Below, piece by piece: positions 51,523 to 64,000 of a DNA stretch of 64,000 nt. The stretch comes from Hormiphora californensis (lineage: Eukaryota > Animalia > Ctenophora). The notes beneath the pieces were generated by a model, which saw nothing but the letters and a program-made list of their open reading frames with translations, was not told the origin of the DNA and made no database searches. Every line of letters begins with the position of its first letter. The first letter of the stretch is position 1. The position numbers were made by a program, and so were the translations under genes. Location: NCBI GenBank assembly GCA_020137815.1, contig CM035352.1, positions 4,712,001-4,776,000 on the forward strand, written 5' to 3'.

Positions 51523-54500
51523 ATGGATTTTGAAACGGATAGTGTGATAACAGATCTCAGCGTTCTGGATACTCCTATGCCCTACAGGAGACTCCCTGAA
51601 GAGAAGTCCGGCAGTACCACCGACCTAACTTACTCTAGCAGTGATGGTAAGTCGTCCACAGACCTTACTTACTATAGCAGCGATGGTAAGTCATACCACC
51701 GACCTAACTTACTCTAGCAGCGATGGTAAGTCATACCACCGACCTGTTACGCGACCCTGAAATCTGAATCCTCACTCAGTTTGGTTCGTGTAGCTGGTTT
51801 GCTTACTATTTTATAATGTTTATTTTGGCACAATGCCATTACCAGCGGCAGTTTGAATAAATGAATGGAATGAAATGATGCTGTCCGGTTCGGCAGTCTT
51901 TTGTGAGACAAGTTCAGTACGCCAGACGAGCATCAGATAACCCTTGTTGTCAACACTGCGTTTCCTTCTCTCCTATTCTAAAAGCAACTCTCGTGAGTGG
52001 CGGCTCCACTTATCTAGTGCTTCTTGTAGGGCTGAAAAATGCTCAGCCTACAAAACCATTTCACACAACCATTCAATAGAGAAAGAGAGAAGGTTAGAAT
52101 CACTTGGTGACTCGGAGGTTGCTTGACATATGTATATTATTCGGTTATTCATATTTAGTATTCAGAGGTATTTCATTGTTGAACTACATGTGATCTCATG
52201 TAGCGTGAGAGTATAGAGGTACGTGGCACGAGGACGTGTCTGATCTTCGTAGTAATAGTTTAGTGACAAAGAGGTTATTAGATCAGGGGAGGATGAACTC
52301 TTTCATCCATGAGATACTACTGTAGTCTAGACAGAGAACAATAGGTGAATAGAACAGGGAGCAGAGGCTGAGTTAATTCTCGTTAATTTACAGTGACAGG
52401 TGGGGCCAGTCTCGGTTAGTTGGGGAGGAGGAATAAAGTCCAGTACGAGTCAGTTCTGGACCGACCAGAATTACTTGCGTTTGATAGTTGAGCTCTGGGA
52501 AAGCTCTTCTTAGTTACTTTAGTTAGACGGAGGATAACGGCGGGGACGGAGGTTTATGGCGGTTGGTATAGAGGTATTGTATAGGTGGACGGCAGGTCAA
52601 GGTAAGAAGGTTTGCTTACGCATAGCTGACTCGATTGGAGTCAGCTTGTCTCGCTATGGGTCGAGTTGTGATGGACACAACTCCCCTACTATGCTCTCAG
52701 ATATGATAGGCCGTCTTGGTATAGACGGAGCCAGCTTTGTTCTGCTTGTCATACTTGCTGGAGGTTGATGAGTCCCAAAGTGATTTAGGAAGAGACGAGC
52801 CAATGAGATGAGAGACAAGTTATATTTCAGGGTATTTTATATTGATTTATTTATGAGCGGACGATGTTCTTTTACAGTGATTATTTGGGGCTGGATTTAT
52901 CCCGCACTTTGTACCCTGAACTGTTTGTTTCAGTTTGCTATTATGGGAACGGATATAAACTGGTCATTTCATTATAGCACTCAAACCCCACCCGCTAGGT
53001 AGGTTGGCTTAGGAGCATTATTGGCATGGGGGTATGTCAGCTCCGTAAGTGTGTGAGGTGCTTGTTGGAGCACTGGTAGTGTGTTCACATAGAAGGGTTT
53101 TTTACAGTCCGGCCCTGAGCTTCACGCACCTACATTTTGGTCCGACGAACCAGATAATTAATTGGCCAATTAAATTTTTATTTTTATTACCAGATTAATT
53201 AGGAGCTAATTAGGGTGGGAAGTTGTACATGGCAACTTACCTTTTGAGTATGATAGTTAGGGGATGGACTATCTAAATTTTGTGCTGTAACTAGAAGCCA
53301 TATAATGTAGTACATCAGCTGGTAGCAGATGTATTGGAACGAGTGTGAACTGTGAAACTCGTGTGACATTCAATTAGGGCCAGCAATCATGATAAAATTA
53401 CAGGCTATCACAGAGCCTAAATAGAGTCGGAGATTGAGGGAGGAGTGAGTAGACTGTCATATGTACGCGTTTCGTTTCCCGACCTTTGTAGGTTTGCCTG
53501 TATTTTGTTGAGCAATCACTAGCTTGTTTGAGGGTCAATATTCTCCCTAAATTGCGGCGGTAACAGGGATTGAACAGTTGTAAATAATCATGCTCCGAGC
53601 TTGTATTTAGTTTGCTGATATGATTGATATTTGGAGGTATTTATTCAAGGTGGTCATTTGTGAGGACGGGTACGGATCTCAGGTTGGCAAATGGCAGATA
53701 TAATTTAGGGGAAATATTATTATTAATAATAGGGTGGTAAATCATATAAATCACTATAATACTATTATTTGAGGTACAAGGAAAGGCGGCTAGAGGTTAA
53801 TATGTTTTGTATTTATACAACCACCAGCCTGTTGTATAATTTAGGGCGTACTCAGAATACAGTAGATTAAGGTATGTAGCTTGTTTTAGCAATTGGAAAA
53901 TATGCATAACCAAATTCAAATTTTTTGGTTATGTGCATGATAGGTTGGGTTAGTGGATTATATGGTGCGGAACGAGGGGGCACTTTCCGAACGAGATACA
54001 GGGGGAGTTTCATGTTTCAATAAACGAGGGGGAACACTGCATGAATCTTATAAATCATGTTAGGTTTAGAAGTGGTTACAGTAACCATTAGCTCCCACCA
54101 CACATTTGTTTTCTGTTTGCATCTGTCGAGGTTGAGTTACGTGCACCTAACCCTTCGCGTGAGGTAACAGGATATTTGGTTGAATCCTGAGAGACTAGGG
54201 TAAAGTCTAGAGTTGACATGCTCTATCCACTGGCATGGGAGTAGGATGTAAAAATTTGGACTGCTCAACAGCCGGGCTATTTACTGGCTAGTTAGATAAT
54301 GTTATATAAGGAATTTCACAGCGGGTAGGGGAGAACTTGCTTGGATCCTGTAAGGGGGAGAAACAGGTCAAATATTTTGGCTTAAAATTTGGCTGTTCTT
54401 GAGTTAGGACAAAGAGTCCACATGAACTGTGGAACCCTCTGTTGTATGTAGGTTTAGCTCTCTATGAATTATGCTATTAAGTTGAGCAGGGAATAAGCTA

Positions 54501-57500
54501 AATATAGATGGAGTAATGACACATAGTGAGAAAGAGCTCCCGAGAAGGTAGAGCCAGAGTGAGACAGAGCTCCCGAGAAGGTAGAGCCAGAGTGAGACAG
54601 AGCTCCCGAGGGGATAACATGGATTTCTCACCTCCGACAGACAGTTAGCAACATTAGATTTGTGTGTGTGGTTAGTATAGCGCTGGTAGTGGTACATGGG
54701 GTCAGGGTCTGGATATCCTGGAATCATTATTAGAATTGATTTCAGCACTGCGACGGGGGATGAGTCCTACATAATCCATTGCACATAATCCATTGTATTG
54801 AAAGATAAGGTATGAAGGTGGTTAGTAGGTGATCAGGTGATTGGAGCGGAGCGGTATCGCTTACATCCCAGGGCGGGGAAAGGGGGTATTGGCCAATCTT
54901 GGTCAAAGTAAGCCTGGAAAATATAATGTTCCACGTGGTATGAAGGGAACACATTAGAATTTACATTGTACACTTAAATTCTATAGTTATTTTAATATCT
55001 ATTTTAGATGGACCGCTATTATTTTGATTAGTTAAAGGCGTCCTAATTGCAGACATTTGTTGGTAGTTTTGGCGGACCGGTGGCACTGAAAACTAGATTA
55101 TAGATTTAGATAACTATAAGAACGGAGTGCGAGGGGTTGCCTAACGTCTAAACTACACTAATTATTTATTATATATGCTATTGGAGCTCTGGAATAATCT
55201 GGACCCAACTAATGTGCCTTACAACCACATTAGGTAAGTTGTCTTACAAACAACTTGGTGGGTCTCAGGGTAAACCGGGATTTGAATGCATAAAATAAGT
55301 TAAACTTACTAACTGGGGTTAACAGTTAGAATTAGTCAGTGATAGCAGATAAGATACACTATGAGGTTTACAATTTAGCCAATTCAAAGCTCGATTTGGG
55401 ATATCAGGATGGGTGCGGTGGAAATATTCGGGTACTGCTGCACTGACTAGGTTACATAAAATGGAATTATATGTGGTTAATTAGCATATTAGAGTGTGTT
55501 TATTACGTAGGTAACTGGGGAGGTGGTTAAAATAGTTCTTTGATATAAAGCTGATTCATTGAGAACCAGAATGAGTTTATACATCATTGAGGAAAAGGTA
55601 TAATCAGTAATCAGAGGGGTCCAGGAGACGGAGGGGGTAAGGCGGGCTAGGCTTAATTGTGCAATTAGCTTCCCATCAAGGCTTGTAAGCCAGGTGGTTG
55701 ATTTATTCTAAAAATTGCAATCATGTTATTCAATTAACATGTTCTTTAGGGCTTCGAATTGAGCCGATTTTTAAATTTTCCTAACTTGGCCCTAGGTACG
55801 GATTGGTCGGAGGGGTATGGAACGGTCTAGCACGTTACAACAGGGAACGGGGGTATTTGAAACTATGTATACCAGCTAGAGAAGGGGGGTAGCTGCTGTG
55901 CATGTAATCGGCGTGTACTGAGTAGTAAAGTCAGTACAACCATCAGCATAGGTCACGTGCGACCAAATTGTGGAGGAGGGGTGTCATTTGGCGCATTGCA
56001 TGTGATATCGAGACCTTAATTAGGTCATCAATTATAGATTAGCCATGGACAATACCGACCCATGTCCAATCGGTATGGTGGGGCAGTGATGTGGCAGTGG
56101 GAAAAAATGCCTGGGTGCTCTCATAATTGTAGAATTTAGTCATCTCAGAATCATTCCATGATGCAGTGGGAGATCCGTAATACCTATACATATGATTAAT
56201 TACGTTGAACTATAGATAAAGTTCATACTTTCGGCAATTTATCGTGTCCATGCGTTTCAAGTGTCAAAAAGTGACACTCACTTAAATTTCCGAGGATTCA
56301 AGAAACACCTCGAGGACTGAAATTATTCTCAACAAATTTTATTCAGTAAAACTAGAGCGCTCCGGAGGAATTGATTTTAGGGTTTTTAGTCAGATGGTCG
56401 TGAATCGGGCTAAAAACATCACGAACCTAAAGTCAAATAATTTCTCTGTCTAGATTACGTTGATATATTGTTTCAAAGGCCCGAAACAATCCGCCGGTAT
56501 AAGAATGACGGCTTGCACTAGGGCAGGCGGGTAGAGGTACCTTGGGGCCAGGGGGAGGAGGCACAATATAGGACCTCCCCGTCTAAATCTGTGGACGGAC
56601 TGCGGACAGATGCAGTAGAACGGGGACGGACGGACGGTTTGGCTTGGTTGAGGTCGATCGGGGGGCGGGACACGGGGACGGTTATGATCGATCTCGGAAA
56701 TGCATTGATTGTTTACATAGGTGCAGTGTAAACACTTCCCGGGGGTGACGGGGATTGGGGCGGGAAGACACGATATTATCATGGTAATGCCGAAAATAGA
56801 TTGTACAAAGTCAGATAGGAGAGGGGCCTGGTCCGGATACGGGTGACTATAAGTTAATTAGAGAAAGGTAATTGTAATGGGGATGGTTGGGCGGGGTAGA
56901 TAACTGCACGGTATTGCGAGCTCAATTAAACTATATTTTACATAGAAGCTCTCAGGTTAAAGGTAGGCTAATCAATCATTGTTGTGGAGGTAGTAAATGT
57001 AGCTTCTGCGCTTTTGTCCCTGTTAGAAAAACAAACAGGTAGACAAGCGCAATTAGGGTAAAATGTTAAAATGGCTGGGGAATTGGGTCATACCCATGGT
57101 GGGGAGATTTAGGTGTTATACACGGTGAATGGGAACACCTGAACGGCGGATCTAAATGGAAAACCCATTTTTAATCAAGGGAGTTATAATTTTAGTTTTG
57201 TTTCATTTTGGGAGGGGTGGGAGGCAAGCGAGGGCTTGAAACGACCCAATATTTCAGGATCTGACAAACATTTTTCGTTATTAACAAATTAGATTCTTTG
57301 AACCTGAGCCTCTCAGTAAGACACATGTGAGGTACAGGGACAGATAAACCAGACTAGTAGGTCAGGTGGGTACTAGTTGTGTATCAAGGTACTAGTTGTG
57401 TAGCAAGGCAGGTCAGATTAGTTGGTGTAATTAGCTAATAGTTCAGGTTTAGCAATAGCAAGTTGAGCAAACTCTGCTAATCTAGGAGGATTAGTGGATA

Positions 57501-60500
57501 AACTAAACTATTCGTTTTGCATAAATAAACGCTGTGAAAGGTGTAAGTAGTCTTTTTCGAAGGTATGGTTTTGGAGGTATGGTTTTGGAGGTAAGAGGTA
57601 AGGTATGGTTTTGGAGGTAAGAAGGAGGTAAGAAGTCGTAACCGGTTAGTCGACTGTGAGGTTAGGCAGGTTTGCGTAGATAGTTTGATTTGAACCTGTT
57701 TTGATTTGAACCTGCCAGGAGGTAATGAAGTTCGGAGGTGTTGTTGGTTATGATCAATGGAGGTGGGTAATCTGAAAAGTTAATTTATAATTGGATTAAT
57801 TAGACGAGACTTTTGAATTATATGTGAGACTCATTGGAAAATGCGAGTTAGAGAACAGTGAGAATTGAATTGAGTTTTTAACATGTTACTCTTTTTACCT
57901 GCGTGTGTTTAAAATATTCCCCTTGTTCGATTACAATGCTTGTTCCAAAAGAGACACGAACAATTGTCAATTAATTATGTGCCTAATGCACTGCGATCTC
58001 TTGATGCTGAGGGTGTGTCCAGCCTCCCATTCTTCCTCTTTTTCATGAGGCTATCACGACTACATGGGCTACATCTGCACAGGGTACCGGGCTGGATTCT
58101 GAAGGCGCCAAATCATCACATTTTATGGACCGGAGTAACACTACTGATCGTGGGTCACAGTGACAGTTTGAGGAGGCACGAAAAAAAAACAGGTACGGTC
58201 ACAACTGGGATGGAGCATTTTCAGTGGAGCATGCACAGACGTGAGAGAGTCTTCTACTTTCCTCCTGTGTATCAATGGGTTCCTGAGGAAGTAAGATTGA
58301 GGATAACTGGCTATTCTCTGAGGAGAAGTGGTTTTAAGTAATGTGGATACTTCGCTGGCGGAATGGCGGATGGATTGCTCATTACCGGCGGACCAGAGTT
58401 AGGGATAGTTTGATCTGGATTAAAGGGGATCAACGCAGACCTGGCAATAATTCGAGGAATTGGATTTTGTAGGCGGATGGATTATGGGCGGACCGAGTAT
58501 GGATGGATCTATCTGGAGCAGTGGAGCAATGGAGGAGCAAAGCGGATCTGATAATGATTCGGGGCAAGAAAAGTAAGCGAAAAGTGGTCGAAGCTAATAT
58601 CAAAGCTACCAGCCATGAGCTGACGGTGATGGCGGTACCTGTGGAAACCGGCCTGGAATCCAGCTGCAGTCTCCGGATTTAGACAGTACGGTGTTGGTGG
58701 TTCTTAATCCTATTCCTTCTACAAGTCGTGTCTACAAAGGATACCCAGATCAATTGAGATGATTCAATATTAGTCTGTTTGTGTGTGTTGTCAAGTGTGA
58801 TTCTGTTATTGAATGAATTGGTTAGGTTGTTGTGAGTTTATTATAGGATATTTTATTCCAAGAAATTAGGGATTTCTTGCACTTTGGGGGAGGTGGGATT
58901 GTAGGGCTGAAAAATGCTCAGCCTACAAAACCATTTCACACAACCATTCAATAGAGAAAGAGAGAAGGTTAGAATCACTTGGTGACTCGGAGGTTGCTTG
59001 ACATATGTATATTATTCGGTTATTCATATTTAGTATTCAGAGGTATTTCATTGTTGAACTACATGTGATCTCATGTAGCGTGAGAGTATAGAGGTACGTG
59101 GCACGAGGACGTGTCTGATCTTCGTAGTAATAGTTTAGTGACAAAGAGGTTATTAGATCAGGGGAGGATGAACTCTTTCATCCATGAGATACTACTGTAG
59201 TCTAGACAGAGAACAATAGGTGAATAGAACAGGGAGCAGAGGCTGAGTTAATTCTCGTTAATTTACAGTGACAGGTGGGGCCAGTCTCGGTTAGTTGGGG
59301 AGGAGGAATAAAGTCCAGTACGAGTCAGTTCTGGACCGACCAGAATTACTTGCGTTTGATAGTTGAGCTCTGGGAAAGCTCTTCTTAGTTACTTTAGTTA
59401 GACGGAGGATAACGGCGGGGACGGAGGTTTATGGCGGTTGGTATAGAGGTATTGTATAGGTGGACGGCAGGTCAAGGTAAGAAGGTTTGCTTACGCATAG
59501 CTGACTCGATTGGAGTCAGCTTGTCTCGCTATGGGTCGAGTTGTGATGGACACAACTCCCCTACTATGCTCTCAGATATGATAGGCCGTCTTGGTATAGA
59601 CGGAGCCAGCTTTGTTCTGCTTGTCATACTTGCTGGAGGTTGATGAGTCCCAAAGTGATTTAGGAAGAGACGAGCCAATGAGATGAGAGACAAGTTATAT
59701 TTCAGGGTATTTTATATTGATTTATTTATGAGCGGACGATGTTCTTTTACAGTGATTATTTGGGGCTGGATTTATCCCGCACTTTGTACCCTGAACTGTT
59801 TGTTTCAGTTTGCTATTATGGGAACGGATATAAACTGGTCATTTCATTATAGCACTCAAACCCCACCCGCTAGGTAGGTTGGCTTAGGAGCATTATTGGC
59901 ATGGGGGTATGTCAGCTCCGTAAGTGTGTGAGGTGCTTGTTGGAGCACTGGTAGTGTGTTCACATAGAAGGGTTTTTTACAGTCCGGCCCTGAGCTTCAC
60001 GCACCTACATTCTCAACGAACGACTTGCCCGCAATAGGTTATGTAGTTCCCTCTTCGTTCGAATAACAACTGTTTCTTTTGCTCGATCATACTACCTTTA
60101 GACACTGATCAGTACAATGAATATCCGCTGGTTTGCAATCATTTTCTTTGCAATGGCGACCTTTTTCGGACTTTCTGGGAATACTCTTGTAATCTACTCC
60201 TCGGTACGATACAACGCAATCAACTTGGACGAAGTCTCTGTTATGTTTGTCCGGAATTTGGCGGTGGCTGATTTGCTCTACGCAACGGTCGGTATCCTGC
60301 CCAACTGCATCTCCTCAATAACGGGCTACAAACCCTTTTGGTATGGGGTTATGCGAGGTGTTCTACTGGGCAAGACACGGAGCTGGAGCAATAAGTCTGT
60401 GGACGCTCACTGTCATCACTACACACCGAATGTTAGTGGTACTGGCACCATTGCGGGAGTTGATCACGCCGCGAAAAGCTTGGGTAATACTGATCACTTA

Positions 60501-63028
60501 TTGGCTCTTATGTGCCTTTTGCATCCTTTTGTTAGTTGAGGCTTCCGAGGGCCCACAATACTACTTTGACAAAGTTGTATGGGACTGTCGGGTCAACTTT
60601 TGGAGCTCAACAGATCCATCACTAGCAGAAAGGTATCAGTTGTATCTTGGGTTAACTACCTTTTTGGTACTGATCCCTATTATCGCGACTGTCAGCTGCA
60701 ACATATTCCTGCTAGTTGTGGCGACCCGAAAACGCCTGACGCCCCAGTCTGGTTTCAATTTCAAAGCTCTGACCACTGTGGTTTCCCTTACTACTGTATT
60801 CCTAGCCAGTTGGTCAGTTTATCTGTACTTTGATGTCCGGAGTTTGTTTGGAAAAACAGATGAATCGGGCCGATATATGTTACTGGAGAGTGTGGCGATT
60901 TGTCTTGGCGTTGTAGCTAACCCCGTCTTGTATACCCTAACTAACCGGCGGTTTTATCTCTATGTCCGGTCTCTCATCGTGAGGAGCAGCCAAGCAGACG
61001 AGGCGAGACAACTTTTACTGGAGGATTAACTTGACAGAGAGATGAATAACTCTAGAGAGTGAATAACGCGACAGAGCTTGGACATTAAAATATTTGTACC
61101 GTGTGGAGGGTGGTGATTACTGTTAGTGTGCCATCTCATTACTGTAATATCTGGCTGTAAAAACTCATTTCTTCTATTAGAAATTAATTAATGATATATT
61201 GAGTTTTCATTCGTCATGTCTACCGCGGTGTTCAGATAGGGAAAAACTTACTTTGTCTTCATCAAACAAAACTGATACAAGTTGGCAAGATTTGCTGATC
61301 CCCACAAACATGTTGGTTCTTTTGTTACCAAAAAACACACTGACACTTATCGGGGCGCTACATTCCCAAATCCCAATTCGAACGAGAGGCTGGTGGTAGA
61401 ATAATTAATGACTCCTTCATTGTAACATTTCTCTTTCCAGCTGTTATAAAGGCCCTCCAAACACTTCAACAAAAAATCAAAAAGTTGGAGCTGGAGCGGC
61501 AGGAAGCGGAAAGGAACTGCGGATCTCTCAGTGAAGACACGGGAAAATTCCGGGAGATGGTATCTGCTGCATCAAACACCGGTAAGATACTGAGTACTGG
61601 AGAAAGAAAGTTTGTAACTGTTGTAGCACGTCCCTTCCGGGGGCGCTCACCAGAGCCTTGTGTTTTGAGAAATTAGCCACATAATACCAAATAATATCCT
61701 CAGATCACAACGTGACAAAGGGAGAGACAGCGGGTGAACAAATGTACGCCCTAACGCCAACTAAAACATCAACTCCCTCATCCGATAATAATCCCCATAG
61801 TGCATTCACCCGTTACAACAAGCTCTCCCCGCGTGAGGCAACACCTCCAACAAACAACTCTTCCCCGCCAAGAAACAACAACAACTTGTCCCCACCAAGG
61901 AACAATACAACATCACCTCCATCAAAAAACGTCCTTCCTCCACCAAGGGATGATTTGGATATCAAAAAGACGGTGTATTTTCCTTCTAAGGATCAACCCT
62001 ATGCAACATATGTCCGCCCAAAAAGAGATAATCTTACCAAACGTAAATACTATTGTACATGAGCACTAACTAATTTCAACCTTCTCGCACTGAAAATTAA
62101 TTATTTCTTCCTGGTCTCATACCGACATATATTCCCAGCTGAACCAGTAAAGACATTGGCCGATAGCAGAGTCAGTATACTGGAGAAGCAGCTAGAATAC
62201 ATGAGGCGGCTAGTCCACAATGCCGAATCTGAACGGACCAAGGCAACTGAGAAATTAGCGCAGCTAGAGGGAAAGGAAAATAAGGTGAGTTAGCCGGGGT
62301 GGGCTTTGTTTTCCTCGACCATATCCCTGTATCATATCACAAGTTAGTCAGTTCTTGGTGATACATTTTAGTTACATCACGAAACTAGGGAGGATTTTTA
62401 TTAATTTTTCTGATTATATTCAGGAGACCTGTACTTTGGAAGATATTCGGAAACAAAACGAGAAGATTGAGCACTTACAGATGGAGTGCGAGCGGTTGAA
62501 CTCCGCACATTCTAATGCCCAGGTATGTAACAGCCTCTCCCTTAAATCCTTCTATCCTCCTTATCTCTCTCTCCAGTCTCTCCTTCTCCCTCAAGTCCCC
62601 AACTGATCATCCCATCAATGTGAGAGTCTAAACAGTTTAATCACACCCAGGACAAAATTAAAGAGTTGGAGGGTCGATTTGGGGAAGAAAAAGATAGTCA
62701 CGAGAAGTTATTCCGGCAAACAGAGGAGGTAAGAGTTCATTGCATGCTTTCTAATATTGTGGAGTTTTCTGTCGAGTAAAACTTGCCAAAAAGGAGAGTT
62801 TCAATATATGCTTGGTAGGCAGGTTTTGGATGCTCTGATGTTTTCACAAGTTTTAAACGCTAACTAAGAACAGAAATCCCAGTTAGCACGGTTGACTGAG
62901 GAAAATAAGAATCTAATGCTCAGCATTACACCCTCCCTACCTCCCTCACCGCCCAACCATCGACCCTCACCATCTGGGAATTACAGACCCTCTCCTGAAC
63001 CGAAACGAAAACAGGTAATAGGAAATGT

Positions 63029-63068
<40 letters not shown>

Positions 63069-63957
63069 TCTCTCCCTATCTAAACTACACCAATTTCAGA
63101 GATCCACCAGATCGGGTAGCTATGAACCCAGACCACCCCGGTGCGAAACCCTGAAGAAGCCGATGCCGTTTGTATGTGGTCGCTCTGCTCACCCCTCTCA
63201 CTCCCTCTCTGCCAATGTTCAGCAAGTGTAAGTGTAATCAGGGGGTTACCATGGTAACATGTTAAAAGTGCTACCTATTTAGCACGCCACATGTTTTGAA
63301 ATCTGAGTGTACTAAAGATGCAATTATCAGGTTGTCGCTTCTACAAAAGGAGAACCCGAACCTCTGTGCTCGAATCTCCACACAAAGACGAAAGAAGGGT
63401 GGAAGTGGTACTACCGGGGAGATAAAGCAGATAATTAGTGGCTTAGAGGACGATATCGGGGCCTTAACATTGTAAGTTTATAATGGCTCCCTTTTTGATG
63501 TTTTGAAAATCTAGAGAATTCCACACTAACCCACAATCAACCCACAGTGAATACCAGTCCCTGAAGTCGAGAGATCAGGATGCTGAGACAAAGGGGAAAC
63601 TAGATTACATAACCGTCCAAATGGAAAAGAAGAGTTCTCACATTAAAAAACTTCGGTCACTCCAGAAAAAGGTTATTATTATTTGTCCTACCGGATTGTT
63701 TTAGTAAGTGTGGTAAAAAGATCATACACCTTATATCTAAATTTTCTTTTCTTGGGTTGACATGGATTTAACATTAACCCTCCCAGATGGATAGTGAGCG
63801 AGTTGTGACTGCTAAAGCCATGCCCCTCTCTTCAAGTAGTCAGTCCAGTAACCGAGAGGTACAAATATCACTGAAGGGACGTAATACGAGGGAATTGCTA
63901 ACGAAAGTTAAGAGTATAAGAGATGTTCTAACCAACAAGGATATTCAGTGGGTGTGA
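51523..63957 (+). CDS. CEP57: Centrosomal protein CEP57/CEP57L1 (translokin family); exon 1 at 51523-51646, a ~9.8-kb intron, remaining exons 61441-63957
   Basis: AVIKALQTLQQKIKKLELERQEAE, ILEKQLEYMRRLV, MPFVCGRSAHPSHSLSANVQ, QMEKKSSHIKKL. Exon 1 is linked by phase (G|CT) and position, so that link is less certain. Confidence 0.8.
52025..53134 (+). repeat. 5' LTR
   Basis: Direct repeat of 58900-60009; no difference seen by eye. Confidence 0.95.
58900..60009 (+). repeat. 3' LTR
   Basis: Direct repeat of 52025-53134. Confidence 0.95.
60117..61029 (+). CDS. Orphan rhodopsin-class GPCR; intronless, nested in CEP57 intron 1; one +1 frameshift at ~60340
   Basis: TM1 GN (LSGNTLVI), TM2 NLAVADL, TM3 Cys with THR at the DRY position, ECL2 Cys, TM7 NPVLY. 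Confidence 0.85.
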
Positions 63958-64000
63958 GATTGGGTTTTATTGCCCCGTTTTTGTTGTCAAGTCAACGGAA

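Larger units (their letters stand above)
52025..60009 (+). mobile_element. Non-autonomous LTR retroelement (LARD-like) in CEP57 intron 1
   Basis: 1110-bp LTRs at 52025-53134 and 58900-60009 with TGTAGG...CCTACA ends; TSD TTCT; PBS-like TGGTCCGACGAACC after the 5' LTR; PPT GGGGGAGGTGGGA before the 3' LTR; no internal ORF >133 aa. Confidence 0.92.

Noticed and set aside
52556-53002. Duplicated small genes (70 and 64 aa, again at 59431-59877)
   Set aside because: Chance ORFs inside the two LTRs; no recognisable motifs.

Overview
Gene-dense eukaryotic (animal) genomic DNA with GT-AG introns. The repeat content suggests a ctenophore (Pleurobrachia/Hormiphora-like), but that is my recollection-based inference. 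Genes, left to right: cytosolic tyrosyl-tRNA synthetase (+), whose introns hold a full-length L2/CR1-group LINE, an intronless TUT1/Star-PAP gene on the same strand and two MITEs; CFAP92/DUF4550 (-), with an alpha2delta calcium-channel subunit gene (+) inside one intron and overlapping a coding exon; intronless TTLL1 (-); an unusual Nudix-like + EF-hand + PPP phosphatase gene (+); malic enzyme (-); intronless HFM1/MER3 (+); and CEP57 (+), whose first intron holds a non-coding LTR element with seemingly identical 1110-bp LTRs and a same-strand intronless GPCR. The most striking signal is tandem repeats built from splice junctions. A 32-bp unit (intron end + exon start) is repeated about 105 times directly before the catalytic HGG exon of the phosphatase. 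Smaller cases are a duplicated acceptor in TyrRS, a triplicated donor in CEP57 and a donor-motif array in malic enzyme. A second theme is nested or closely spaced same-strand genes with an acceptor just before the ATG, consistent with SL trans-splicing/operon-like processing. Many ORF breaks are single-base insertions and probably assembly errors. Exon coordinates were read by eye and may be off by a few bases.
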